DNA from: Octopus vulgaris | Taxonomy: Eukaryota | Direction of reading: 5' to 3' | NCBI GenBank assembly: GCA_951406725.2 | Contig: OX597836.1 | Coordinates: 3,658,001 to 3,722,000, forward strand | DNA length: 64,000 nt | Part shown: positions 51,266-61,994 of the stretch, in pieces | How the letters are laid out: each line of letters opens with the position of its first letter | How positions within the stretch are numbered: the stretch's first letter is position 1 | Notes under the pieces: model-generated | What the model was told of the DNA's origin: nothing | The model's input: only the letters and a program-made list of their open reading frames with translations | The model's database searches: none | Program-made: the position numbers and the translations under genes

Positions 51266-54200
51266 GGTAATTATGTAAGTGATAATTTAGTTCGGAATGG
51301 GCGCTGACTGCGTACATATATAATGAATAAAATGGCCGCTTTCATGGTTTCCAGTTGTTAAGACAGAAATAAACGCTGATTAAAGGCAGTGACTATGAAA
51401 ACAAAATATTTATAAGCGATTTCAGGATCTCTCGTGTCGGCGGGTGATGGGATTAAAAAAGGGGGCGGACAATTTAGCGTGTTTTAATAGAAATTTCTAT
51501 TTTAACTTTCGAAACTTGGAAAATAGCATGGCGGAGTATGAATTAAATTGATGCATGGTAGTTTTTTTTTTTGTCTTTTTGTTTTTGTTCGTTAGTTGGG
51601 TTTTTATTTTTGTTTTTTACCCCCTTCATTAATAGGGGGCGGGGGCGAAAATGTATTATTTGCTGCGGTGCTGGTATTTGTCATCTTAATACCCCCCTGA
51701 CATTATTTTCTGGCAGAACAAAACAAGGGAGATAATCATTGAAGCGTTCACTGTTCCCCAGCCGTGGTTAGAACTCTGCTGTTGTTGCTTCTGGTGCCAA
51801 AGGCGTCAGGAAATACCATTTTATGGGCAAACATCGATTCCAATTATTCTACACGTCATTGTTTACAGCTTTATCTATTTCGAGTTCCACTGATGCAAAT
51901 TATAAAGTTGTTTCGTTCATAGTTCGCTTACATTAATCCTCTTAATGTTATCAGCTGATAATCTGAAATGCTTCGTCACATATTGTCACTTAACGTCCAC
52001 TTTTCCATGCTTGCATGGGTCAGATGGAATTTTGTTTATGGATATTAGCACAAACTTTTGAATTCGGTCAGATGCTGCGCTGGGCAAATATTTTCGAAGG
52101 GCATATTTTAGTGATCCACCAGCCGACCCCATTCCTCTCCCAACCAAAGTCTATCTAGGACTATCTTGTTGAAGTGTCTTTCTTTTTCCAAAACGGCATA
52201 GTTGGTGTAATTTGAGCGCTGGTTTAGCTTCTCTTTTTAGCAGATCGGACGACCACATGAATGTTTCCTTGTTAGATTCCATACCAGAACAATGGCGCTA
52301 TTTTTCTACATTTCATTTTTCTTCGTTTGCAGTATCATTCCCTTTCCTGCAAATCATTTTATGCAGAATTTTAGTGTATTTGAAAAATAAACACTCGAAG
52401 TCTGTAGTGGGTTCATTGATATTAGGTGTAATTACATAATTCTCTTCTATATCCAGGTTTAAAGTTTTTTTTGCCTTTCTTAAAATGTTAAAAATCTTTA
52501 TCAAGGTTATTTTCTTTGTAAACGCTTTTATCGATTTTGTTCTAATAAAAAAAAAATTGTAATTAGTAAAAAGTTTGGGCGTTTTCAGTTTTGATACTCC
52601 ATTAGCTTGGTCGCCATATTTGTGCCTGGAAATGAGGGATAAAATATGTAAAGAAACGTTGTTATGAACGTTGGTGTTATATTTAATTCCTTAGATTTTT
52701 GTATTTATGTATGTCCAATGTTTTCCAGACAAATATTCTGTTTGTTTTCAAACAAAAGCGATAGAAAAGTGCACATTTCCCCCATTTTTGCAGTCTGTTG
52801 CAGTTACATCCCTTGCTCACCACATTCACCTCCAAATGGCGTCTCTTTCTCTCTCACTCTGTCCTCCATACTTAGTTTAAAATACTTTTTCTCTGCTGCT
52901 GCTTTTCAACTTGTACTGTTTTTTTGCTCTTAAATATTATTTCTCTCCCTCTTCCTCCCTTCAATGCTACAATTGTTAAAAGGCCTCGTCTTGTCATTTA
53001 ACCCAATTAGTGTTGTTGAATTTTTTAGCTAATAGTTTTGGGGTAGGATGTAGAATAGACAGGGAATCTAATTTAGCCATTTTATTCTAGATACGATTCA
53101 CTTCCAAATATATATATATGCTGCTCTTGTTAATAGATACATCTATCAATGTGATGATTAAATCGTACATAGGGCATTCTTTCGCCTTTAGCAGCTAAGA
53201 AAATATACCGTTTAACTTAACATTCGGTTTATGATCGCAAATTGAAAATGTTGGCATTATTCAGCAATGTCAAAGAGGAACACGCCTCTTGCGTTTTATT
53301 AATTTCTTTCGATTCCTGTTTTCAACAACAAATTGCGATTTGGCATCACACAAACGTACAGGACAGGTTTTGCAATTTTCAATTCCTAATGTCTTGGTTT
53401 TCTTTAAATACAATTTTGAAAAAGAAAAAAAATGCCGATTGTTTAGGATAATTTTCCACTTTCATTTTAGACTATTGGCACTCTCATAAAATCGTAAGAA
53501 AACCTATCTTTGGTTTATAATCATGTCGAACCTAATTAGGATCTGTATGACCCTTGGGAGTCTCTTTTACTTATTTTAGTCATTTGTCTGCGGCCATGCT
53601 GGAGCACTGCCTTTAGTCGAAGAAATCGACCCCAGTCGAGATTTTGTCAAAATTTGGGGTTTACGTTTTGAATTAAAAATCCATTTGTGGTTGGTCTCCT
53701 TTTTTTATTCTTCTGGTGTCATAAAATAGTGAACGAGAATAGTCATAATAGTAAAAAAAAGTCACGTTTTTAAATTAAAATGAAAACGAATAAATGCAGA
53801 AAAAGCACCAAATTTATATGATAATACTATTATACTTTGCGGGGGCGGTGATTGCATTTTATCTTTAATACTGCTAAGAAGATTATTGACAAAATCGCTT
53901 CTGGAGTTTTTCAAGTGAATATTTCGTCCGACTTGTCTCCCCGTGACTTTTACACGTGACTGTTTCACCCCCCCCCCCCCCTCTGTGTCCCCTATTTCCG
54001 CAATTTTCTTCCTTTGCCTCTACAAGACCTGAATTTTTGTCCCTCCCCTCTTTCTACTTTAGATAAAAATTTCTACCATTCATCTCTGCTACAGGTAGAT
54101 GAGGTACCTAAATAAGAAAAAAAATTAATAAATACCCTTAAGCAAGTCCGAACGAAACTTCTTAGGGTTCTCTACAAACGCATCCACATTTTCAGTTTTA

Positions 54201-55728
54201 ATTCCTCCCATAATTAAAAAGAAAAACCCGTTACAGATAGATTATGGGATGGTCAGTAGTTGGAACACTACAGAGGCTTGGACCCTTTGGCATTCAGATT
54301 ATTTTGCCAAATGTAATGGTCATTTATTCACACCCTTTTAAATTAATCCTGCATTTTCTCATAGCTTTGAGATTCGATGGTGTAATTACTTTTAGAATGA
54401 TAGGGTAGGTGTGAGAGACCAGTTCTGGCCAGTTTAAACATAAAACAGGTAGAATATTTGGACCAGGCATGGCCAGTTTAAATGCTGAAGGGTTTGGCCA
54501 TTTCTCAGTCAGGGTCAATATGGCCCTTGGAGGTTCATATAAGATTTTAAGATTTGTGCACATCTGCAATACACAATGTATTTTTTAAATACAAACCCTA
54601 ATATTTAATTAGAAAAAAATTTTTTTTAAACATCAGAGGGCTCATCTGAGTAAAATAGTTATTGAAAGGTCCATAGGTTTAAAAAAAAAAAAAACGATCC
54701 AGTGGCTGTGTGATAAGTAGCTTGCTTACCAACCACATGGTTCCAGGTTCAGTCCCACTGCGTGGCACCTTGGGCAAGTTTCTTCTATAGCCTCGGGTTG
54801 ATCAAAGCTTGGTGAGTGGATTTGGCAGACGGAAACTGAAAGAAGCCTGTCGTATATATACGTGTGTTTACGTCCCCGTAACTTAGCAGTTCGGCAAAAG
54901 AGTTTGATAGAATAAGTACTAGGCTTACAAAGAATAAGTCCTGGTGTCGATTTCTTTGACTAAAAGGCAGTGCTCCAGCATGGCCGCAGTAGAATGACTG
55001 AAACAAATAAAAGAATATAGAGACTACAGAAAAAAAAAATTTGTTCAAACACTGGACACTGGAGACCAGTCTTAAATGCCAGAGGCTGAGAGCAGCTGTT
55101 TCTCTCCCTGCTGTATCTGTTATTGATACGATTGAAACTAGAACAGCTGCTGCTGCTACTACTACTACTACTAAGAATATAGTTCTCCAGTTGCTGCCAT
55201 TCCATTATGGAGTCAAACGAAGTCTTTGCATGGTTACTTGGCTTGCTAGAAATAGCAGCCAAATGACACTGTTTGAAAAACGTGATTTACACATTGGCTA
55301 AATGTGGTCTTGGATGCTTCTAAACTAGTGGGGCTGGAACATTTTTTGGTCGCAAGTCTTTACTGGGACCATTTTATTGGCTTCCATGTTTTTGTTTGTT
55401 TTTTTCTTTTTTTGCAATTTTGAAAATAAGGAATTTTATAAAGTGACTATCATTAAGATGGAAAAATATTTAACATGACTGATTTGAATTTAGATTTGAA
55501 TTTCCCTTTGACCTTTCAGCATTTGAACCAGCCAGATTAGGCCTTTTTACACCTACCTTACAATGTCCTAAAAATAGCCACATTATTGAAATCTCCAATA
55601 ATGCATTATTAATTCACAGCAATGTGAATAAATGTTCCATTTTGACAGATTAATCTAAATGCTAATAGGCAAAAACATTGTTTTTTTTTTTTTTATATAT
55701 ATAATCAGGAAAGGCATTTAGATATTAA

Positions 55729-55933
55729 CCCATTAATTCCTACTGTCCTATAAATAGGACACTAAATGAGAACATTAGATAAGCTATATCACTGTCTCTG
55801 TGTCCTATTTATAGGACACCAAGTATTTCTATTTGAAGTAAAGGAGTTTTAATAATTATTTTTTTCATTTTAACCTATTTTCAATCATCTGTAAACATTT
55901 TAAAGTAATATTCAGAAATTTAAGTCCTCTGGG
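55729..55933. mobile_element. TTAA-flanked MITE-like element with two internal palindromes
   Basis: TTAA|CCC...GGG|TTAA ends, with internal TGTCCTATAAATAGGACA and TGTCCTATTTATAGGACA. Confidence 0.6.
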
Positions 55934-56545
55934 TTAAGTTATTCTTGAGCATCCTGGTGGTGGAGTGCAGAATTGTTTTTTAGAAGCTATTTCTTGTCCT
56001 TTGTGTGTGGATTTTCTTCCATATGGTGAAGAGCTATGACCTAAACATCAGTTTCACCATGCATTAGACCAGTGGTTCCCAACCTGGGGTTCATAAAGGT
56101 AGTGCTGGGGTGGGTCCGTGAAATAAATTCAAATTTTCCTGTGTATACATAAGGATAAGCATGTTAAAAGGGGTTCCTTGGGAAAACTCATTTAATTAAA
56201 GGGCTGAGAACCACTACAGTTGACATTTTTTTGTTGTTGAATTTTTTTTTTCCCTCTCTAGTTTCAGCTCAGAGCTGCGGCCATGCTGATGCACCGCCAT
56301 TCATCATTCATTTATATGTAATATCCTGTCCTTTAATGTCCAGAAAATGGACTTTAATTGATAATCTGAAGAATGAGGGTGAAATCAGATTCTAGGATCT
56401 TGTCTTTTATCTCCTGTGCTTGATGTTATCTTCCTTTTTTTTTTTTTCTTACCCTTGGAAAATATAATTAGGTGCCCAATGCAGAGACACTTTTTTTTTT
56501 TTTTTTGTATATTCTAATGTTTTCTTTGTTTTGATCTCTTTCCAG

Positions 56546-56855
56546 GTGGGAGACGGAGAGATATTGTATATCTCTCGGTACTGGGCCTCGGTGGTGTTCC
56601 TGACGCCCCCCACGCCGAGATGTCTGAACTGACAGAGGGCAGCGGTGTGGGGATCAGGAAAGAGCCCCCTGTCAATGCCAAAAGCCCATATTTTGGGCAT
56701 TTAGGGGCTTTGGCACAGGCACAGGTTGCCTCGAACTTGTGCTTTAAAGTTGAAGTTGCCGAAGGGATGCAGGTTACCTGGGAAACTATGCTCGTTGATG
56801 GCAAGTTGTTTGTGGAGATACCCACCGGTATATTACCAGAAGGTTCTAAAGAAGG
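56546..56855 (+). CDS. OAZ: Antizyme exon 2: end of ORF1 (WETERYCISLGTGPRWCS*), +1 frameshift, then ORF2 (DAPHAEMSELTEG...VTWETMLVDGKLFVEIPTGILPEGSKEG)
   Basis: A pyrimidine tract and CAG acceptor end at 56545. The hallmark sequence GGG CCT CGG TGG TGT TCC TGA C GCC CCC CAC (GPRWCS*/DAPH) is present, as is the antizyme motif LFVEIP-G-LPEGSKE. The donor GG|GTAAGT is at 56856. Confidence 0.97.
56583..56604 (+). promoter_or_regulatory. Antizyme programmed +1 ribosomal frameshift site with 5' stimulatory context (UCC-UGA-C)
   Basis: GGGCCTCGGTGGTGTTCCTGAC closely matches the metazoan antizyme shift context. ORF1 stops at 56601-56603 and ORF2 resumes at 56602 in the +1 frame. Confidence 0.96.
56608..56674 (+). 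promoter_or_regulatory. 3' mRNA pseudoknot downstream of the shift site, resembling the extended invertebrate (class II) antizyme pseudoknot
   Basis: Stem 1 pairs CCCCACGCCG (56608-56617) with CGGTGTGGGG (56643-56652): 10 bp, one G-U. Stem 2 pairs TGACAGAGGGC (56630-56640) with GCCCCCTGTCA (56664-56674): 10 of 11 positions paired. The stems are interleaved. Confidence 0.88.
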
Positions 56856-57213
56856 GTAAGTCTTAATGTTTCTTTTTCTGTTCCTTAAACTAGCTGCAGG
56901 CGTGTTTAGTGTGGTTTAAGAGGTTCTCTTTACAACCCTTGTGGTTTTGAGTTCAATCTCCCTTTTCTGGCCCCTTGGGCAAGGGCAAGCATTTTCTACT
57001 ATTGTATAGGGCCTGCCCTATCCCTTGCAAGTTAAAATTGTTACTGGAAACTGTGCTTAAGTTTATTGGGCTTATATGTGTAAGAATGTTCCTTTGTGCT
57101 TATCTCTCAACACTTGACAAAAGGGGTCCCACATGACTTAGTATTTTTGTCAAGCCTTGTGTTGATCGCATTAACAAACCACTCGTGTCAATTTGATGAA
57201 CTAAACTTTACAA

Positions 57214-57447
57214 GGTAGTGCACGGGAGCCGTGGGCGCAAGCCCGGGTGAAGCTGACCGCGTGTGCAGATCTCAGTAGTAGTAACAAATATTCGAACAAG
57301 ACCGAAGTGGAGAAGAGTTCCATGCCAATGGTGGTTGAGCACAGGTCAGTCAGTCCTAAGAAGGCAAAATCTTCCAAGAAAGGCACCGGATCCGTTGTTC
57401 TTGTGGCCTTGGATCAAAAGGGAATTGGGTCAATATTCCCAAACCAA
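57214..57447 (+). pseudogene. Decayed 28S (LSU) rRNA fragment inside OAZ intron 2
   Basis: Blocks GCCCGGGTGAAGC, TGCAGATCTCAGTAGTAGTAACAAATATTCGAAC, CCGAAGTGGAGAAGAGTTCCATG, GGTCAGTCAGTCCTAAG and GATCAAAAGGGAATTGGGT are collinear with conserved eukaryotic 28S (GCAGATCTTGGTGGTAGTAGCAAATATTCAAAC...GCCGAAGTGGAGAAGGGTTCCATG). There are substitutions and a ~10-nt deletion. Confidence 0.88.
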
Positions 57448-60236
57448 TGACTTGGACAAGTAAAACAGTTAATCTTAGAATAGTCAAGTTTTTGCTGTTC
57501 TTTTATACCAGTCTCCTCCCCCGAATGATATCTCTGGCTTATTTCACCCTTGCCATCCCCTTCTAACCCCAACCACCACCACCTTATGAAACCCTATATA
57601 TTAACTGGCTCATATCTTGCTCTAATTAAGATATTAAGCTGCTAACTCAATGGCCCTTAATTCTCTCTGCTGCATTAATAAATTCAATGTCCTTATCAGT
57701 TGATTCCAATACAAGGGTTGGGGTAAGTTGTGTTGTTTATAGGAATTGATTCCAGTTGTCTGTTGGTTGGTTATGGCAAACCTGTGGGTTCAGTCTGATG
57801 CCACTCACTGTGGAAACCATTGTCTACTTCTGGTGTGTGTTTGTCTCTCTCAAAGCAATCTGTTTCTAACTTAACATGGATGTCTTTTAAAACACCAAAT
57901 GCTGCGTATTATGCTATGTCCCTGGGTTGACCAAAGCTCTGTGGGTTTGTGTGCCCTTGTATTGGTATCTCGTGTTTAACAACCATCACCCTTATTGAAG
58001 CAGTGTTGGCCGAGGGGAGATATTAGCTTTGCTTGAAAATGGATAAGGGTTGGTGATAGGGAGAGCATCTGGCTGTATAAAATAAGCTTCATTGAGTTCT
58101 GTCCGACTCATGCAAGAATGTGAAAATTACCTTTAAATGATGGTGACATAAGGCAGACGCTCTATATAAAATCACTGACTGAAACTGGATCAGTTGCTTT
58201 CAAGTGTTTTTTGACTTAGGAGGCACTCTAAATGAAACTAACCCCTGTCCTGCCCATGGCTCATGCGATCGTGGCTTTGTTTTTGGGGAAAGCACCTTAT
58301 TGTCCCGGTCTACTCAACTGTAGCTGGGTAGCCTTGCAATGGATGGGCAAACAAGGCGGAAATGGGGACTTGGAGAACAGGTCAGAGGGGGCCTTGCGAG
58401 GTTGAAAACTGCCAGGTCAGATGGCCTTGCGAGGTTGAAAACTGCCAGGTCAAGTGGGTCTTGCTGGGGAGATGGCCAGGTCAGAGGGTCTTGGGAGTGA
58501 CATTAAAAAGCATTCACTACTCTCTGTAAAGTGATTGGCATGTTAGGAAGGGCATCCAGCCATAGAAACCATACCAAAACAGACAATTGGAGTCTGGTCA
58601 GCTCCTGTCAAACTGTCCATCCTCTGCCAGAATGGAAAATGGATGTCAAATGATAATGAGGATTATTATCAAAAGGATGAATGGTACCAGCCTTACTGTG
58701 AATTCCGACTGGTCGGGATTGGTTGTGCAATTATTTCATCATCCTTCAACATAAGTTGAAGGATGGTGAAATAATTGCTTCCTTTTCGATATCCACCCAC
58801 CCGTGACCATCCCTGGCTCTATGATTCAGACTTTCTGCTTAATGTGATCTAAAAGCCTTCCATCAAAAGTCCACCAGTTCAATATAAATGAGTGATTTCA
58901 TGAAATTCTTCATTGTTATTTCCAAAACTGACTGAAACATACAACATATTCTGAACCGAAATATGGTAACGAAAGCATGAAATTGTTAGCTTTCTGTCGA
59001 GTTTAACACTTATTCACATTATGTTGTGGCTTTGAAGTTTCGATGATGTGATTATTTTTACAATGGCATTGTAGGATAGGTGTGAGATGACAGATCTGGT
59101 TGGTTAATCATATAAAACAAGTAAAATACATTACAACAGGAATATGGTAAGAAAACAATGAAGAGGTCGGTGAACTGGCAAAATTAAATGTTGAAAAACA
59201 ATTCCTCTCCGTATTTAGTTCCGGCTCTTTACCATGAGGTCAACTTTAGCTTTCTGACATAATCAACCGTTTCCTTCTCACTTAATTTCTGGTATTCGCA
59301 CTTTTGGAAGTAATTCAGGGGAGTGGATTGAAAGAATTCTTTGAGTATTGGGCGGGGTGGTGTGGATACCTTGTGGTATTTATTGCTTAACGCTTTGTTC
59401 TGAGTTCAAATCCTGCCAAGGTGCACTTTGCCTTTTCACCCTTGCAGGTCGATACAATAAACTGAGACAAGTGGTGACATTGATATAATAATAATCAACC
59501 GTTCCTTCTTCCCCCCTCCTCTGCTCCCCCTTGTGCCTATCTCTGCAACAATAACTATTTATATCAGTGGAGGGTTGTTGTGGAATCAATGACTCATTGA
59601 ACGAACAACCTTGACGTATTTTCATTTATCTTTTAATGTTTTGTGCTAAAAATTCCTCAGTTGTAGACTTTGATTCCTTTTCTGTAAAGTTTTTTTTTCT
59701 TATCAGTCGATAAAATAAGTATTTAGGTTGGGTTAATCAGTTGACCCGCTGCCCTACAATTCTCTATCTCCTTTAGACCTCAATGTTCAGAAGATAAGCT
59801 CAGCCCAGTTTCCATCTCGTTTAATCAATTGATTAAACTTTCAAATTACTGCCAAACGTAAATGCTTATTAACTTACATTGTTTTGAATTAATCCTGCAT
59901 TATTTCATAGCTTTGAGGTTTCAATGATGTGATTAAGAATAACATTGTAGTGTAGGTGTGATAGGTCAGATCTGGTCAGCTTGAATATAAAACTAAAAGG
60001 GTTTAGTTGACTGAGATCACAACACTCCTCCTGCGTTAATACTTGGAACAGGATGCTGGTCAGTTGCTGGCTCAACTCCCCAGTGAAGGTTCATCACCTA
60101 CTGGTTATGTTTTTGCACCTCTAATTATAAGATAATGGTTTCAATTCCTGAATTGGCTGGTATGATGTGTTCTTGGACACACTTAATTTCATGTTGCTTC
60201 ACCAAACTCGATTGAAAATAAAATGCAGATCTAGAC

Positions 60237-60842
60237 CAGGGCTGGGCAATTGGAAGCCTGCGGCCTGCTCAATACTTTCTTGAAATGGGTGACCTCTTTA
60301 TTGGGTCCAATTTCAAAATATAATTGTTTGTACAGTTCTATATTTAAGAGATGAGGAATTATTTACATTTGGCAGCTATTTGTCATCTTGTTTGTTGTTA
60401 ACACATAGCCTCGGGCTGACCAAAGCCTTGTGAGTGGATTTGGTAGATGGAAACTGAAAGAAGCCCATCATATGTATATATGTTTTATGTATGTTTGTGT
60501 GTATGTGTGTGTCCTCCCATCATTGCTTGACAACCGATAGTAGTGTGTTTACATCTCCGTAACTTAGCGGTTCGGCAAGAGACTGGTAAAATAAGTCCTA
60601 GGCATTACAAAGCATAAGTCCTGGGGTTGATTTGCTCGACTAAAGGTAGTGCTCCAGCATGGCTACAGTCAAATGATTGAAACAAGTAAAAGAATAAAAA
60701 AGAATAAACGAAAAGTATTAAAAAATTCTTGATTCTGTAATTTGATTCTTTGACTATTTGTACATAAAGTATACGAGCAGCCCTCAAAAAACTTTTGTGA
60801 TTGAAGTGGGCCCCGCAGTGTAATTTGAGTTGTCCGGGTCTG
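60237..60842. mobile_element. hAT-type non-autonomous element with 8-bp target duplication and a nested SINE (~60405-60700)
   Basis: ATCTAGAC occurs at both 60229-60236 and 60843-60850. The ends are CAGGGCTGGGCAA / TTGTCCGGGTCTG. Confidence 0.75.
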
Positions 60843-61828
60843 ATCTAGACATAAGGTGTTGTAGCATTTTGAGTAGAGAGCTTCTATTCACATGCTAGAA
60901 ACAGCAGCCAAATCTTTCTTTAAACAATTAGCATTCAGATTACTCTGTCATATTTAATACTTATTAATTTACAAAAGATTTTTAATTAATCGTGTATAAC
61001 TTCATAGCTTTGAGATTTTCATTGATGTGATTATTTTTGGAATGACATTGTCGGGTAAATGTGAGAGGCCAGATGTGGTCAATTTGAACATAGAACCAGT
61101 GGAATATTTGGGCCTTGTGTGGCTGGTTTAAATGCAAAAGGGTTAAATCTCATTTTCATATTTAATATGGAAAGGACAGATTGAAGAAACTGGTTCAAGA
61201 AATCATGTTTTAAAAATGGGGGGATGGTCACAGCTGGAACGACTTTGATCATAGGTCTTCTCAGTCAGGTTTGACCAGGAGTTCAACCACTTCATTGTGC
61301 TGTTGTTTATCCCTTGATTGGTCTGGACTGATTCTTGCTAAGACAAGTAATCTCTCGTGTCCATTCCATACATTTTCTATGACTCTGCTAATCCAGCACT
61401 TTAATGAGCTGGCTAATACCAAGTTATTAATCCTTAAGTGTTAGGATTATTCCATCAGACATGGTTTCTGGATTAATGATGGGTGTTATCTCGGTGAGCT
61501 GGCACAATCATTATCACGCTGGGTGAAATGCTTAGCGGCATTTTGTCTGCCGCTACATTCTGAGTTCAAATTCCGCCGAGGTCGATTTTTGCCTTTCTTC
61601 CTTTCGGGGTTCATAAATTATGTACCAGTTGCATACTGGGGTCGATCTAATTGACTGGCCCCCTCCCCCAAAATTTCAGGCCTTGTGCCTATAGCAAGGT
61701 TATCTCGTATCTGAGATTTCGATGATGCGATTGTTTAATGTAGAATATCATTGTAAGGTAAGCGTGAGAGCATGGACCTCGTCAGCTTGAACGGAAAGAG
61801 ATATTTTGACTGGATACGACTGGTTTAA

Positions 61829-61994
61829 CCCTTTCGTTACTGTATTTATTTTGAGATGCTCTGTGTTTCTCCCAATTATTTTAGATATAACAAAGAATTT
61901 TGTAAAATAACTTAGTTTAGTTAAAAACTTATGAAAAGAAGACATTTGTCCTACAGAGCCAGAGCCGGTTTCAGCTGGGTTGGTAACGAAAGGG
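61829..61994. mobile_element. Internally deleted, inverted copy of the 3389-3625 piggyBac-type MITE
   Basis: Same CCCTTTCGTTAC terminal repeats and TTAA flanks. The internal sequence is the reverse complement of the first copy (AGAGCCAGAGCCGGTTTCAGC). Confidence 0.85.

Noticed and set aside
56601-56603. In-frame TGA as a pseudogene lesion, sequencing error or selenocysteine codon
   Set aside because: Homology continues in the +1 frame rather than frame 0, and the context matches the canonical antizyme frameshift site.
56620-56859. 79-aa ORF starting at Met 56620 as a stand-alone gene
   Set aside because: It is the internal part of antizyme ORF2. It is entered by frameshift at 56601 and left by splicing at 56855; its TAA belongs to the GTAAGT donor.
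57247-57463. Short ORFs in OAZ intron 2
   Set aside because: They are chance translations of the 28S rRNA-derived fragment.
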